Positions 23,436 to 35,568 of a DNA stretch of 64,000 bases are shown piece by piece. Origin of the DNA: Pseudomonadota bacterium (GTDB lineage Bacteria > Pseudomonadota > Alphaproteobacteria > Rickettsiales > RGZB01); contig RGZB01000001.1 of NCBI GenBank assembly GCA_010031735.1, positions 86,411 through 150,410 of the forward strand, in the 5' to 3' direction. Position numbers and translations under genes: made by a program. The notes under the pieces are model-generated. The model saw nothing but the letters and a program-made list of their open reading frames with translations, was not told the origin of the DNA and did no database searches. Each line of letters opens with the position of its first letter. Within the stretch, counting starts at the first letter, position 1.

Positions 23436-24965
23436 ATGAGTTACAATTTTGCGATTACCGGTAACACAGAAATTCTGCAAGTAGCTGAAGCGGTCGCCCG
23501 CGAGAAAGGCATCCCGAAGGATTCCGTCGTCGAAGCGATGGAGCAAGCGATCCAGATCGCCGGTCGCCGTAAATACGGCCATGAGCAGAACATCCGTGCA
23601 GAGATCAACCGTAAAACCGGCGAGATCCTGCTGTTCCGTGAGCGCACCGTTGTAGAGAATGGTACCGATGAGAACCCGGTTCTCCAAATCAGCGAGAAGG
23701 ATGCGAAATCCGTCCGCAAAGATGCGAAGATCGGTGAGTTCATCACCGAGCCGCTGCCGCCGATCGAGTTCGGCCGCGTGATCGCGCAGACCGCGAAACA
23801 GATCATCATCCAGAAAGTGCGTGATGCTGAGCGCGATAAACAGTTCGAAGAATTCAAAGACCGCGTCGGCGAAGTCATCAACGGCATCGTCAAACGCGTC
23901 GAATACGGCAACGTGATCGTCGATTTCGGCAAAACCGAGACCGTGCTCCGTAGGGAAAATACGATCCCGCGCGAAGCCTTCCGTCCGAACGACCGTATCC
24001 GCGCCTACATCGAAGACGTGCGCCGCGAGACCAAAGGCCCGCAGATCTTCCTGTCCCGTACGCATCCGCAGTTCCTGGCGCAACTCTTCGCACAGGAAGT
24101 GCCGGAAATCTATGACGGCGTCATCACGATCAAAGCCGTGGCCCGCGATCCGGGTTCCCGCGCGAAGATCGCGGTATATTCCAACGAATCGAACATCGAC
24201 CCGGTGGGTTCATGCGTCGGCGTGCGCGGCTCCCGCGTACAGGCCGTGGTGAACGAACTCCAAGGCGAGAAGATCGACATCATCCAGTGGACGCAAGACC
24301 CGGCTACCTTCGTGGTGAACGCGCTTGCACCGGCTGAAGTGAGCAAGATCGTGATCGATGAAGACAACCAGCGCATCGAAGTCGTGGTGCCGGATAACAT
24401 GCTCTCCATCGCCATCGGCCGCCGTGGCCAGAACGTCCGCCTTGCTTCACAACTCGTGGGCTGGAACATCGACGTGCTGACCGAGGATGAAGAATCCAAA
24501 CGCCGTACCGAAGAGTTCAACTCGACCTCTGCGCTGTTCGTGAACGCGCTGAACGTGGAAGACGTGATCGCGCACCTGCTCGTCACCGAAGGCTTCCGCA
24601 AAGTCGAAGAAGTCGCGTTCGTTCCGGTGGAAGAACTGGCTTCGATCGAAGGCTTCGATCAATCGATCGCTGAAGCGCTCCATGAACGTGCGAACTCTTA
24701 CCTGAAAGAACAGCAAGAACTGCTCGATAAGAAATGGCATGAGCTGGGCGTGGCAGAAGCCGTCGCGAAACTCGAAGGCATGAATGCGGAAACGCTCGTC
24801 GCACTCGGCGAGAAAGGTATTAAATCTTTAGATGATTTCGCTGATCTTGCACGTGATGAATTCAAGGAGATCGTCCCTGCTTCCGGCAAGACCGATGCAG
24901 AGATCGATGCCATGATCATGGCGGCGCGCGAGCACTGGTTCAAGGATGAAAAAACCAGCGCTTGA
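23436..24965 (+). CDS. nusA: transcription termination/antitermination factor NusA
   Basis: S1 and KH domains (..[16 protein letters not shown]..), C-terminal acidic repeats, 509 aa. Confidence 0.95.
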   Translation: MSYNFAITGNTEILQVAEAVAREKGIPKDSVVEAMEQAIQIAGRRKYGHEQNIRAEINRKTGEILLFRERTVVENGTDENPVLQISEKDAKSVRKDAKIGEFITEPLPPIEFGRVIAQTAKQIIIQKVRDAERDKQFEEFKDRVGEVINGIVKRVEYGNVIVDFGKTETVLRRENTIPREAFRPNDRIRAYIEDVRRETKGPQIFLSRTHPQFLAQLFAQEVPEIYDGVITIKAVARDPGSRAKIAVYSNESNIDPVGSCVGVRGSRVQAVVNELQGEKIDIIQWTQDPATFVVNALAPAEVSKIVIDEDNQRIEVVVPDNMLSIAIGRRGQNVRLASQLVGWNIDVLTEDEESKRRTEEFNSTSALFVNALNVEDVIAHLLVTEGFRKVEEVAFVPVEELASIEGFDQSIAEALHERANSYLKEQQELLDKKWHELGVAEAVAKLEGMNAETLVALGEKGIKSLDDFADLARDEFKEIVPASGKTDAEIDAMIMAAREHWFKDEKTSA

Positions 24966-25546
24966 ACGAGCCAAAAGTAAATAAGGACTTTCGGCAGTGT
25001 ATCGCCACCGGTGACATGCTGCCGAAAGAAGACCTCCTCCGGTTCGTGGTAGGCCCCGATGATACGCTGTTTGCGGACGTCGACGGAACACTTCCCGGAA
25101 GAGGGATTTGGGTAAGACTGGAGAAGGAAGCGGTCGAACAAGCGATTAAAAAGCACCTGTTCGATAAACACGCGAAGAAGAAACTTAAGGTTCCGGCAAC
25201 ATTGCCAGAGGATATCCTCCGGCAGTTGCATAAGAAGGCCTTAGGTTACTTAAGCCTCTGCCGTAAGGCAGGCCATGCGGTAAGTGGGGTCGATAAGGTC
25301 CGCGAACGCATGACAGAGGGTAAAGTGTCTGCGTTGCTCCTTGCCTCGGATAGCACATTCGAAGGCAGGGATGACATCCGCAAACACGCAAAAAACGTGG
25401 AAATGGTCACGCAATTTACCGCAAGTGAGTTGCAGTCGGCGCTTTCTAGTGATAAAGCAGTGCATGCGCTGCTTGAGGGTAAAGAGCTGGCTGTAGCCTG
25501 CTTAGTAACAATACACAGAATAGAACGGTTTAACGGAAACAAATGA
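24962..25546 (+). CDS. YlxR/DUF448 RNA-binding protein fused to L7Ae-like domain
   Basis: [19 protein letters not shown] motif. Sits between nusA and infB. Confidence 0.8.
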   Translation: MNEPKVNKDFRQCIATGDMLPKEDLLRFVVGPDDTLFADVDGTLPGRGIWVRLEKEAVEQAIKKHLFDKHAKKKLKVPATLPEDILRQLHKKALGYLSLCRKAGHAVSGVDKVRERMTEGKVSALLLASDSTFEGRDDIRKHAKNVEMVTQFTASELQSALSSDKAVHALLEGKELAVACLVTIHRIERFNGNK

Positions 25547-28017
25547 ACGACAACAGCACGCCTAAAGACGATAATCGCACTATCAGCGCACCGAAGCTGC
25601 AACTAAAACGCTCGGTGGAAAGCTCCAGTGTGCCGAATACGGCTCGCGGCCCTTCGAGCAGTGGTGCTGCGCGCGCGAAAACCATCAAGGTGGAAGTCCG
25701 CCGTACCCGTACCTTCACTCAGGATAAAGCCGGTAACGTCGTTGAAGAGAACAAAGGCGCGGAAGCCGCCGCTGCTGCCGCTGCACAACAACAGAAAGCG
25801 CTCGAGTCCGGCCTCTCCGAACAAGAGATCGCACGCTTAAAAGCACTGACGAACGCCCGCCAGGATACTGATAAATCGGTACCGATCTACCGCAAAACGG
25901 ATCTCAAGCGTGAAGAGCCAGAAAAACCGAAACGCGAGGAAGCACGTACTTCCGGCAAAAAGCCTGAAGCAGCCGCTGCTGCTACCACTCCACAAAATGC
26001 TCCGGCTCCGGACCGTGGTGGTTTCAAAAGCGAGAAGATCACTTTCTCCAAATCCTACGATCTGGAAGAGAAGGCTCCTGCCCCGGCTAAGCCGCGCCAG
26101 GACGATAACCGCCGCCAGCGTAAGCTGACCGTCGCTGCCGTGCAGATGATGGAAGAAGAATCCCGCGTCCGCTCCATGGCCGCTGAACGCCGTGCACGCG
26201 ATAAAGCGCGCCGCGCCGCGATGGGCATCACCGCTCCGACAGGCGACCAGGAAAAACAGATCCGCGAGATCGTGATCCCGGAATCGATCAGTGTACAGGA
26301 ACTGGCGAACCGTATGGCCGTTCGTGCCGTCGATCTCGTCCGCGACCTGATGAAACTCGGTATCATGGCGACCCAGAACCAGAGCATCGATGCGGATACC
26401 GCTGAGTTGCTCGTCGCTGAATACGGCCACAAACCAAAACGCGTAACGGAAGCAGACGTCGAGAACGTCATGTCGAGCGCTTCGGAAGATAAAGCCGAAG
26501 ACCTCCTGCCGCGTCCTCCGGTCGTCACCATCATGGGTCACGTCGACCACGGTAAAACCTCGCTGCTCGATGCGATCCGTTCTACGGATGTGGCAGCAGG
26601 TGAAGCCGGTGGCATCACTCAGCACATCGGTGCGTACCAGATCAAAATCCCAAGCGGTGAATTCATCACCTTCATCGATACGCCAGGCCACGAAGCCTTC
26701 ACCTCCATGCGCGCACGCGGTGCGAAAGTGACGGACATCGTGATCCTCGTCGTTGCTGCCGATGATGGTATCATGCCGCAGACGATCGAGGCTATCGCGC
26801 ACGCAAAAGCGGCAAAAGTACCGATCATCGTGGCGGTGAACAAAATCGACAAGCCGGGTGCAGACCCGCGCAAAGTGAAAGAAGCCCTGCTCTCCCATGA
26901 ACTCGTACCGGAAGAATTCGGTGGTGATGTCATGTGCGTAGAAGTCTCTGCGAAGCAAAAACTGAACCTCGATAAGCTGCTTGAGACGATCATGCTGCAA
27001 GCCGAAGTCCTGGAACTCAAAGCCAACCCGAACCGTGCATCATCTGGTACCGTGATTGAGGCCCGCGTCGATAAAGGCCGCGGTGTGGTGGCAACGTTCC
27101 TGGTCGAAAAAGGTACGCTCAACACAGGTGATCTCGTGGTGGCGGGTACGGGTTATGGACGCGTTCGCGCGCTTCTTGATTATAAAGGTCAAACGGTTGA
27201 AAAAGCGGGCCCATCCGTTCCGGTGGAAGTACTCGGCCTCGACCAGCTCCCGGCGGCCGGCGATACGTTCTCTGAAGTCGCGACCGAGAAGCAGGCGCGC
27301 GAGATCACCGAATACCGCTTAAAGAAAATCCGTGATACGCGCACTGCAGCTGAGAAACAAGTGTCGCTCGACACGCTGTTCCAGCAAGCAGGTGTCTCAG
27401 CGGCGAAAGACCTTCCGGTCATCATCAAAGCGGACGTACAAGGTTCCGTGGAAGCACTCGCCGCGAGTCTGGCGAAACTCTCCAACGAAGAGGTGCGCGT
27501 GAAAGTGGTGCACTCCGCTGCCGGTGGTATCACCGAGTCGGATATCGCACTCGCACAGACCGTGAACGGTATCGTGATCGGCTTCAACGTGCGTGCGAAT
27601 TCCCAGGCCAAGGAAATGGCGAGCCGCGAGCATATCGAGATCCGTTACTACTCTATCATCTACGATGCAGTGGACGATATTAAGAATGCGATCAGCGGTC
27701 TCATGAAACCGGTCATCCGCGAACAATTCATCGGCACAGCACTCATCCAGAAAGTATTCGACCTGTCGAAATACGGTAAGATCGGTGGCTGTATCGTGAA
27801 AGAAGGTGTCGTGAAACGCGGCGCCAAAGTGCGCCTGATCCGCGACAACGTCGTAGTGCATGAAGGTAAACTGAAAACGCTGAAGCGCTTCAAGGACGAT
27901 GTCTCGGAAGTGAAAGAAGGCTTCGAGTGCGGTATGGCCTTTGAGAAATACGAGGATATCAAAGAAGGCGATATCATCGAGGCGAGTGAAATCATCGAGG
28001 AAAAGCGCGCGATCTAA
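25543..28017 (+). CDS. infB: translation initiation factor IF-2
   Basis: [24 protein letters not shown] GTPase motifs, 824 aa. Confidence 0.95.
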   Translation: MNDNSTPKDDNRTISAPKLQLKRSVESSSVPNTARGPSSSGAARAKTIKVEVRRTRTFTQDKAGNVVEENKGAEAAAAAAAQQQKALESGLSEQEIARLKALTNARQDTDKSVPIYRKTDLKREEPEKPKREEARTSGKKPEAAAAATTPQNAPAPDRGGFKSEKITFSKSYDLEEKAPAPAKPRQDDNRRQRKLTVAAVQMMEEESRVRSMAAERRARDKARRAAMGITAPTGDQEKQIREIVIPESISVQELANRMAVRAVDLVRDLMKLGIMATQNQSIDADTAELLVAEYGHKPKRVTEADVENVMSSASEDKAEDLLPRPPVVTIMGHVDHGKTSLLDAIRSTDVAAGEAGGITQHIGAYQIKIPSGEFITFIDTPGHEAFTSMRARGAKVTDIVILVVAADDGIMPQTIEAIAHAKAAKVPIIVAVNKIDKPGADPRKVKEALLSHELVPEEFGGDVMCVEVSAKQKLNLDKLLETIMLQAEVLELKANPNRASSGTVIEARVDKGRGVVATFLVEKGTLNTGDLVVAGTGYGRVRALLDYKGQTVEKAGPSVPVEVLGLDQLPAAGDTFSEVATEKQAREITEYRLKKIRDTRTAAEKQVSLDTLFQQAGVSAAKDLPVIIKADVQGSVEALAASLAKLSNEEVRVKVVHSAAGGITESDIALAQTVNGIVIGFNVRANSQAKEMASREHIEIRYYSIIYDAVDDIKNAISGLMKPVIREQFIGTALIQKVFDLSKYGKIGGCIVKEGVVKRGAKVRLIRDNVVVHEGKLKTLKRFKDDVSEVKEGFECGMAFEKYEDIKEGDIIEASEIIEEKRAI

Positions 28018-28035
28018 ACGCGCCTTTAGAAAGTC

Positions 28036-28422
28036 ATGACGTCGTTCACGCATAAACCACAATCCCCCCGCCAATTGAAAGTCGGTGAAGTGCTCCGTCA
28101 GGCGCTCTCGGAGACCTTCATGCGCGGCGATGTGTATAGCAAAGACCTGCAGGCATACTCCGTGACCGTCTCGGAAGTGCGTGTGAGCCCGGATCTCCGT
28201 AACGCGACCGTGTTCATCATGCCGCTGGGTGGCAAGGACAAAGAACGCGTATTGGATATAGTGACCAAACTTTCACCTCAGATCCGTTCGATCATCACGC
28301 GTAAGATCGACATGCGTTATTCACCAGAACTCTATTTCAAGCTCGACGAATCTTACGAGAACGCACACAAAATCGACGCGCTGATCAAAAGCACCAAAGT
28401 GTCACAAGACGAAAATGACTAA
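28036..28422 (+). CDS. rbfA: ribosome-binding factor A
   Basis: 128 aa. ..VTVSEVRVSPDLRNATVF.. RbfA signature. Confidence 0.9.
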   Translation: MTSFTHKPQSPRQLKVGEVLRQALSETFMRGDVYSKDLQAYSVTVSEVRVSPDLRNATVFIMPLGGKDKERVLDIVTKLSPQIRSIITRKIDMRYSPELYFKLDESYENAHKIDALIKSTKVSQDEND

Positions 28423-29335
28423 ACGTCAGCGTTTGCCTATCAATGGCTGGCTCATTATCGACAAACCGGAAGGCATGGGTTCCACCAATGTGGTGGGGTT
28501 GGTAAAACGTTTGACCAACGCGGCAAAAGTGGGCCATGCAGGCACACTCGACCCCTTCGCAAGCGGGGTGCTACCGATCGCCCTCGGGGAAGCCACAAAA
28601 ACCATCCAGTTCGCGACCGATGCCGAGAAAACCTACCGTTTTACCCTCACCTTTGGCACCCGTACCGATACCGACGACCGCGAAGGCGACGTGGTCGAAA
28701 CCTCGGATGTGATCCCCAAACTGGCTGATATCAAAGCCGCGATCCCTAAGTTCACGGGTAAGGTCACCCAGATCCCGCCTGCCTACTCCGCCATCAAGAT
28801 CGACGGCCAGAGAGCCTATGATCTGGCGCGGAAAGGCGAGGCATTCGAGATGAAATCCCGGGAAGTGACCATCCATGCCCTCACCTTCTTGTCACAACCT
28901 TCTGAAAAAGAGGTGGAATTCGAGGTTCGCTGCAGTAAGGGCACCTATATTCGGTCGCTGGCGCGCGATATCGCGGCCTCTTTGGGGGCCCTCGCGCACT
29001 GCTCCAGGCTCCGCCGTACGAAGGTCGGAGTTTTTTCGGAAACGAACGCGATTTTACTGGATAAATCGGAAGAAATGGTGCATATTCCGCGCCTCGCTGG
29101 GGATATCCTTGGCGAATTACGACCGGTCGAGACGGTGCTGGACGGCATCCCGGTTCTAGCCCTCGACTCGCAGTCCGCTGATCGCATCAGGCATGGTCTT
29201 TCCCAAAAGGTAAACGACGAAAGCCTACTTGGTAATGACGGTTTGACCGTTATCGCCAAGCTAAACGGTTCACCCGTGGCGATTGGAAGAATGCAAGGGG
29301 GCTCGTTGAAGCCGGTTCGTGTGTTTAACCTTTAA
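28415..29335 (+). CDS. truB: tRNA pseudouridine(55) synthase
   Basis: GHAGTLDPFASGVLPI catalytic motif. Confidence 0.9.
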   Translation: MTKRQRLPINGWLIIDKPEGMGSTNVVGLVKRLTNAAKVGHAGTLDPFASGVLPIALGEATKTIQFATDAEKTYRFTLTFGTRTDTDDREGDVVETSDVIPKLADIKAAIPKFTGKVTQIPPAYSAIKIDGQRAYDLARKGEAFEMKSREVTIHALTFLSQPSEKEVEFEVRCSKGTYIRSLARDIAASLGALAHCSRLRRTKVGVFSETNAILLDKSEEMVHIPRLAGDILGELRPVETVLDGIPVLALDSQSADRIRHGLSQKVNDESLLGNDGLTVIAKLNGSPVAIGRMQGGSLKPVRVFNL

Positions 29336-29349
29336 TCATGGAGTAGACG

Positions 29350-29619
29350 ATGTCCGTAGCACCCGATAAGAAAAAAGAAATCGTAAAGAAATACGCCACC
29401 GCGAAAAATGACACCGGTTCTCCGGAAGTCCAAGTCGCGATCCTGACGGAACGTATCAACAACCTCACCGAGCACTTCAAGACCAACGAGAAAGACTTCA
29501 TCTCTCGTCGTGGTCTCCTGGTGATGGTCGGTCGCCGTCGCAGGCTGCTCGATTACTTAAAGAGCAAAGATAACGCGCGTTACGAAGCGCTCATTAAAAA
29601 GCTGAATATTCGTAAGTAG
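29350..29619 (+). CDS. rpsO: 30S ribosomal protein S15
   Basis: 89 aa, [21 protein letters not shown]. Confidence 0.95.
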   Translation: MSVAPDKKKEIVKKYATAKNDTGSPEVQVAILTERINNLTEHFKTNEKDFISRRGLLVMVGRRRRLLDYLKSKDNARYEALIKKLNIRK

Positions 29620-29631
29620 TTTGAAGCAAAC

Positions 29632-29660
29632 GAAGGGTGGCGGAACCTCCGCCGCCCTTC
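29632..29660 (+). terminator. rpsO-pnp intergenic hairpin (attenuator/RNase III-type site)
   Basis: 13-bp stem GAAGGGTGGCGGA-acc-TCCGCCGCCCTTC followed by TTGCTTTTG. Confidence 0.7.
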
Positions 29661-29716
29661 TTGCTTTTGATGTAGGTAGGCTCGAGAAAAATTAAACGAA
29701 GAAGGAATAATATATC

Positions 29717-31899
29717 ATGTTCACAATCACCAAAAAATCTATCGAATGGGGTGGCCGCACGTTAGAGATCGAAAGCGGTCGTATCGCACGTCAGGCTACT
29801 GGCGCTGTTTACATTAAATACGGCAACACCTCCATGCTCTGCACGGCAGTCGCGAACAAAGAACCGAAAGCAGGCGTAGATTTCTTCCCGATGACGGTGA
29901 ACTACCAAGAGAAAGCATTCGCTGCTGGTAAAATCCCGGGTGGCTATTTCAAACGCGAAGGCCGTCCGACGGAAAAAGAGACGCTCGTCTCCCGCCTGAT
30001 CGACCGCCCGATCCGCCCGCTGTTCCCTGAGAACTTCTATAATGAAACACAAATCGTCGTGACCCTCCTCTCGCACGATCTGGAAAACGATCCGGATATC
30101 GTCGCGATGGTCGGTGCTTCTGCTGCACTCGCAATCGCTGGCATTCCGTTCCAGGATGTGATCGGCGCTGCGCGCGTTGGTTTCATCGACGGTGAATACG
30201 TACTGAACCCAACCATGCAACAGATGCCGGACAGCCGCCTCGACCTCGTCGTCGCTGCTACCGAATCGTCGGTGATGATGGTGGAATCCGAAGCGAAAGA
30301 ACTGACCGAAGAACAAATGCTCGGCGCCGTCGTATTCGGCCATAAGCAAATGCAACCGGTGATCAAACTGATCAATGACTTCGCAAAAGAATGCGGCAAA
30401 CCGAAATGGGAAGTGAAGAAAGTCGAGAAATCCGAACTCGAGAAACGTATCTATGCACTCGGCGAAAGCAAAATGCGCGATGCATACAAAGAAACCCAGA
30501 AACAAACACGCAGCCAGAAACTCGATGCACTCCGCACCGAGATCACGGAAGCGCTCGGCAAAGAATTCGGCACCAAAGAAGCGCCGATTGCAGGTAAAGA
30601 ACCGATCGACAGCAACACGGTGAAGAAAGCGATCAAAGGCTTAGAGAAAGACATCGTTCGCAACAACATCCTGAAAACCGGCTCGCGTATCGATGGCCGC
30701 GACACGAAAACCGTCCGTCCGATTCTGGCGGAAGTGGATTTCCTGCCGCAAACGCACGGCTCGGCACTCTTCACCCGCGGTGAAACGCAGGCGATCGTAG
30801 TGACGACCCTCGGCACGACGCAAGACGAACAGATGATCGACGCGCTCGAAGGCACCTATAACGAGCACTTCATGCTGCACTATAACTTCCCTCCGTACTC
30901 GAGATCACTGAATCAAACGGATCTTCTTCGATGGCAACGGTCTGCGGCACTTCTCTCTCCCTGATGGCAGCGGGCGTACCGCTCGCGCGTCCGGTGGCGG
31001 GTATCGCGATGGGCCTGATCAAAGAAGGTAAAGAGTTCGCTGTCCTCTCCGACATCCTGGGTGATGAAGATCACTTAGGGGATATGGACTTCAAAGTGGC
31101 AGGTACCGACGAAGGTATCACGGCGCTGCAGATGGACATCAAGATCAACGGCATCACCGCTGAGATCATGGAAATCGCGCTCGAACAAGCAAAAGCGGGC
31201 CGTATCCACATCCTCGGCAAGATGAACGAAGCACTTTCTGGTGCGCGTGAAGACCTGAACGAAAATGCTCCGAAAATCTCCACCATGACGGTGCCGAAAG
31301 ACAAGATCCGCGAAGTGATCGGTTCTGGCGGCTCTGTGATCCGCGATATCGTGGCGCAATCCGGCGCGAAAGTAGACATCAACGACGATGGCGTAATCAC
31401 CATTGCAGCCGTCAAAGGCTCGCAGGCGGAGAAAGCGATCGAGATGATCAAAGCGATCGCGGCGGAAGTCGAAGTCGGCACGATCTACACCGGTAAAGTC
31501 GTTCGTATCGTCGATTTCGGTGCATTCGTGAACCTGTTCGGCAAAACCGACGGTCTCGTTCACATCAGCGAACTGAAAGCGGAACGCGTGGGTCAGGTGA
31601 CCGACGTCGTGAACGAAGGCGATATGGTGAAAGTGAAAGTGATCGGCCTGGATAAAGGCAAGATCCGACTCTCCATGAAAGTGGTCGACCAGAACACGGG
31701 TGAGGATATCAGCTCGCAGTTCGGTGAGAACCCGCATGGCGAACCGCGTGGCGATCGTCCGCGCCGTGACCGTGATGACCGCCGTGGCGGTGGTGATCGC
31801 GACCGTGGCCCGCGTCGTGACCGTGATGGTGATGATCGTGGTAACCGCGATGGCGGTGAGTACGAAGACCGTCCGCGCAAACGCCGTAACAACGGTTAA
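29717..31899 (+). pseudogene. pnp: polyribonucleotide nucleotidyltransferase (PNPase), interrupted by an internal deletion/frameshift
   Basis: Two ORFs (29717-30964 and 30931-31899). HYNFPPYS is joined directly to (V)[17 protein letters not shown] in the +2 frame at about nt 30896-30903. About 43 residues present in E. coli PNPase (..VGE..GSPxRREIGHG..FPY..) are absent. Confidence 0.75.
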
Positions 31900-31922
31900 C
31901 CACTAAAGGATGATTCCCCCTT

Positions 31923-32699
31923 ATGCGCACGGGTAGCTTCAACTGGCCGGGCATCAAGACGTTGTACTTCAAAGAGGTACGACGCTTCTTGAAGGTATAT
32001 AATCAAACGATCATCGCACCGCTTATTAACGCGTTACTTCTGCTTGCTATCTTCTCGCTGGCGATGGGTAGCCGTCCGATGACGATCGGTGGTCTGCCGT
32101 TTACCGTGTTCATGGCACCGGGACTCATCATGATGTCGTTGATTCAGCATGCGTTCGCGAATACTTCCTCTGCGTTCATCATGGGTAAGGTGCTGGGCAC
32201 GATTATCGACTATCTGCTGCCGCCACTCTCGCCCGGCGAGATGGTGTTCTGCATGGTCATGGGCGGCGTGACCCGTGGCTTGATTGTAGGCGCTTCCGTT
32301 GCGCTTGCGATCTGGATCTTCGTCCCGCTGCAGGTGCATCATTGGGGGCTGATGTTCTTTTATGCGATAGCGACGTCGATGCTGCTTTCTATCGTCGGCT
32401 TGCTTGCCGGTGTATTCGCCGATTCATTCGACCAGATGTCTGCCGTCACGAGCTACGTGATCACGCCGCTTTCCTTCTTATCCGGCACTTTCTATTCGGT
32501 GAGTTCGCTGCCCGGTATCTGGTACGTCATCAGCCATATGAATCCTTTCTTCTTCGCGATCGATGGATTCCGTTATTCCCTCACCGGCTATCACGATGGT
32601 AATCTCATGGCCGGGATGATCACCATCACCGGCTGCATCACCGTGCTATGGGCGATCACCTACACGTTGATCGCGCGCGGCTACCGCATCAAGACGTAA
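31923..32699 (+). CDS. ABC-2 type transporter permease
   Basis: 258 aa, six predicted TM segments, ABC-2 (YadH-like) pattern. No adjacent ATPase gene. Confidence 0.75.
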   Translation: MRTGSFNWPGIKTLYFKEVRRFLKVYNQTIIAPLINALLLLAIFSLAMGSRPMTIGGLPFTVFMAPGLIMMSLIQHAFANTSSAFIMGKVLGTIIDYLLPPLSPGEMVFCMVMGGVTRGLIVGASVALAIWIFVPLQVHHWGLMFFYAIATSMLLSIVGLLAGVFADSFDQMSAVTSYVITPLSFLSGTFYSVSSLPGIWYVISHMNPFFFAIDGFRYSLTGYHDGNLMAGMITITGCITVLWAITYTLIARGYRIKT

Positions 32700-32781
32700 A
32701 CTTGTCGCACTCCATATAAAATTTTGATCAGCCGGTAAAATTGATTTCTGCACATCCATACATATGTAGTAGTATGGAAGT

Positions 32782-33192
32782 ATGGGAAACAAAAAGTCAC
32801 AACGCGTTATCACCTTTGGCTCATACGACCTTTTCCATGTCGGCCATTTTAATATACTGAGGCGCGCGGCAGAACTGGGTGACACACTTATAGTCGGCAT
32901 CTCTTCAGACGCTCTGCACAAGAAAAAGAAAGGCGACAAGCCTCACTACCCCTTCAAACTGCGCGCTGAAATCGTTTCTTCACTCCGCTTCGTAGATCAG
33001 ATCTTTCTTGAAGCGTCGCTGGATAAAAAAGTCGATTATATCCGCCGCTATAAAGCCGATATCCTGGTAATGGGGAGTGATTGGAAAGGTACATTCGATT
33101 CCCTTTCCTCGCTTTGCAAAGTAGTCTATTTACCAAGAACCGAAGGCATATCATCCACCCTGATTCGGAGCATCTTACACGGTGAAAAATAA
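32782..33192 (+). CDS. cytidylyltransferase-family protein (TagD/glycerol-3-phosphate cytidylyltransferase-like)
   Basis: TFGSYDLFHVGHFNILRRA nucleotidyltransferase HxGH motif, 136 aa. Confidence 0.8.
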   Translation: MGNKKSQRVITFGSYDLFHVGHFNILRRAAELGDTLIVGISSDALHKKKKGDKPHYPFKLRAEIVSSLRFVDQIFLEASLDKKVDYIRRYKADILVMGSDWKGTFDSLSSLCKVVYLPRTEGISSTLIRSILHGEK

Positions 33193-34267
33193 GCAACTTC
33201 TCTATCGCTATTACCGTGTGATGTCTTCTCCTCTCGGCAGCCGTATAGCGATACTCATTGCTATCATTTTAAAACCTATTCTACGATTCGACCCTATAAC
33301 ACTGAAGTTGCTGAAGCGCCTGATCGAGAAAAAATTCTTCATATCGTATTTTTGTATTCTTAGCCTTCATCTGCCTGAACGTCTGATTCTCAAAAATTTC
33401 GGCGGCATCAATCGCGTATCGGTGGAAATGACAAAAGATGAGTTGGAAGTTATGTATTCTCACTTGAAACGACGTTCAGAACAATACCCGGAGAATCCAC
33501 ATTTGAAGCAGCAACTGGCTATCCTTGCAGCCGCAATGGGCAAACGTGAGGAAGCAGCAACCATCATCGAATCGTTTATGGTACAGTCCATACACACCAC
33601 CAAAAGTATCGATACCACGATGGCAGAACAGGCACTGCTTGCCTTCAAAGCCGCCTGCGATAAGGCTGATCTGCCCTTCTTCCTCTGCAGTGGCACACTC
33701 CTGTCTGCGGTACGCGACAGAAAATTCTTTTCGTGGGATTATGATCTCGATGTCGGGTTTTTCGATACACAAGAAAGGATAAACGAGCGCGTTTGTGCAC
33801 TCTTCGCCCAACACCCTGATTTTTTAGTGTTTGAAGAATATTGTTACGAACACAAGATTCTTCTGGTGTTCAAAGATACGATCAAAATAGATGTATTCAT
33901 ACATTATACCACAGACGATGCGATGGTTGCGCACGGAGCACGTGAATCACTGGTCTGGAAGAATAAACCTTTTGAACTGGTGAAGAAACCGTTTCTCGGC
34001 ACTGAGTTCCTGATGCCTGCCGATCATGAAGCCTATCTCGTAGAGAATTATATCAATTGGAAAAGCCCGTCCCTCTTCTATTCGTTTCTCGCTGATACAC
34101 CGAACCTGAGTATCCGCGCATGCGATGAAAATTTTACGACATTGGTATCGGATATGGCACGCGCACTTCATATGCCGAAGAAAGATCGAGCCCATATCGA
34201 GCAGCTCGCCGCGCTATTGAAACAACATTATGGCATCACATTCCCGCAATTGCCGTTAAAAGAATAG
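33182..34267 (+). CDS. LicD-family phosphotransferase
   Basis: FLCSGTLLSAVRDRKFFSWDYDLDVGF (the LicD DxD region). Confidence 0.75.
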   Translation: MKNKQLLYRYYRVMSSPLGSRIAILIAIILKPILRFDPITLKLLKRLIEKKFFISYFCILSLHLPERLILKNFGGINRVSVEMTKDELEVMYSHLKRRSEQYPENPHLKQQLAILAAAMGKREEAATIIESFMVQSIHTTKSIDTTMAEQALLAFKAACDKADLPFFLCSGTLLSAVRDRKFFSWDYDLDVGFFDTQERINERVCALFAQHPDFLVFEEYCYEHKILLVFKDTIKIDVFIHYTTDDAMVAHGARESLVWKNKPFELVKKPFLGTEFLMPADHEAYLVENYINWKSPSLFYSFLADTPNLSIRACDENFTTLVSDMARALHMPKKDRAHIEQLAALLKQHYGITFPQLPLKE

Positions 34268-34386
34268 TCGTCAGACCTCACGAACCCTTGTGCAACGCAG
34301 CATAAATCTGCGAGTTTCTTCATTGACAAGACCTGCAATTTTCTACAATAATCCGCCTTCTCCTTACATTTTTAGAGGTTTGTGAA

Positions 34387-35568
34387 TTGACCAGTCCGCA
34401 CGTATTACCCGTCTATAATCGCTCCAAACTGATGTTCGAGCGCGGGGAAGGTGTGTATCTGTATACACCGGAAGGCGATAAATACCTCGACTTCGCAGGC
34501 GGTATCGCCGTCAATGCGCTTGGCCACTCCCATCCGCACATGGTGAAAACCATGCAGGAGCAGGTGGCAAAACTCTGGCACGTCTCCAACCTCTACCAGA
34601 TCCCGGGTCTCGATCGTTTGGCTGATCGTCTGTGTGCCAATAGCTTTGCAGAGCGTGCGTTCTTCTGTAACTCCGGCGCTGAAGCGGTTGAATGCGGTAT
34701 CAAGATGGTACGTAAATACCACGACGAAACCGGCAACCCGAATAAATTCCGTATCATCGCATTCGAAGGTGCATTCCATGGTCGTACGCTTGCCACCATC
34801 TCTGCATCGGGCGGTGAGAAAATCACCAAAGGCTTTGGCCCCTTAACGCCGGGTTTCGATCATGCACCGTTTAACGACCTCCAAGCTGTCGAAAAATTGA
34901 TCACACCGGAAACCGGCGCAATCCTGGTCGAGCCTATCCAAGGTGAAGGTGGTATCAAGCCCGCAGAACCCGGTTTCCTGAAAGGGCTCCGCACGCTTGC
35001 CGATAAACACGGATTACTTCTGATGTTCGATGAAATCCAATGCGGTGTCGGTCGCACCGGCAAGCTCTTCGCACATGAGTGGTATGAAGTGACGCCGGAC
35101 ATCATGTCGATCGCGAAAGGCATCGGCGGGGGCTTCCCGCTCGGCGCATGCCTGGCTACCGAGAAGGCCGCTGTAGGTATGAAACCCGGCTCCCACGGCT
35201 CTACGTATGGCAGCAATCCCCTTGCCATGACGGCCGGAAATGCCGTCCTCGACGTGGTCCTTGAGAAGGATTTTATAAAAAACGTACAAAAAACAGCAGA
35301 TTACCTTATGGCGGCCCTCAAAAAGGTCGCAGGTAATTATGGTGGCGTTATTGCAGAAATTCGTGGAAAAGGGCTGATGATTGGTGTAAAAGTAACCCCT
35401 CCGAACACGGATGTGGTCGAAAAACTAAGGAACAAGAAGCTACTGAGCGTAGCAGCATCTGACAACGTGGTTCGGTTTTTACCACCTCTCGTGATTACCC
35501 CTCAACATTGTGATGAAGCCATAGAGATTATCAATGAAGTCTGCAAAGAAATTAGTTCCAATGCCTGA
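34387..35568 (+). CDS. argD: acetylornithine aminotransferase
   Basis: Class-III aminotransferase. [13 protein letters not shown] and the [14 protein letters not shown]-lysine region. TTG start. Confidence 0.9.
   Translation: MTSPHVLPVYNRSKLMFERGEGVYLYTPEGDKYLDFAGGIAVNALGHSHPHMVKTMQEQVAKLWHVSNLYQIPGLDRLADRLCANSFAERAFFCNSGAEAVECGIKMVRKYHDETGNPNKFRIIAFEGAFHGRTLATISASGGEKITKGFGPLTPGFDHAPFNDLQAVEKLITPETGAILVEPIQGEGGIKPAEPGFLKGLRTLADKHGLLLMFDEIQCGVGRTGKLFAHEWYEVTPDIMSIAKGIGGGFPLGACLATEKAAVGMKPGSHGSTYGSNPLAMTAGNAVLDVVLEKDFIKNVQKTADYLMAALKKVAGNYGGVIAEIRGKGLMIGVKVTPPNTDVVEKLRNKKLLSVAASDNVVRFLPPLVITPQHCDEAIEIINEVCKEISSNA

Noticed and set aside
25837-27000. Long antisense ORFs inside core genes (387 aa opposite infB; also 52741-53994 opposite glnA, 40798-41742 opposite rluD, 16216-17031, 23388-24083, 29762-30505, 31075-31737, 35750-36430, 39229-39927, 53991-54809)
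   Set aside because: These are shadow ORFs on the complement of well-supported genes. Their products are His/Arg/Asp/Phe-rich low-complexity sequences with no start-site context.
30898-30903. XhoI site (CTCGAG) exactly at the pnp deletion junction as a possible cloning scar
   Set aside because: CTCGAG occurs repeatedly elsewhere in the window in ordinary coding sequence. The junction is better explained by GTACTCG microhomology, and there is no vector-like sequence.
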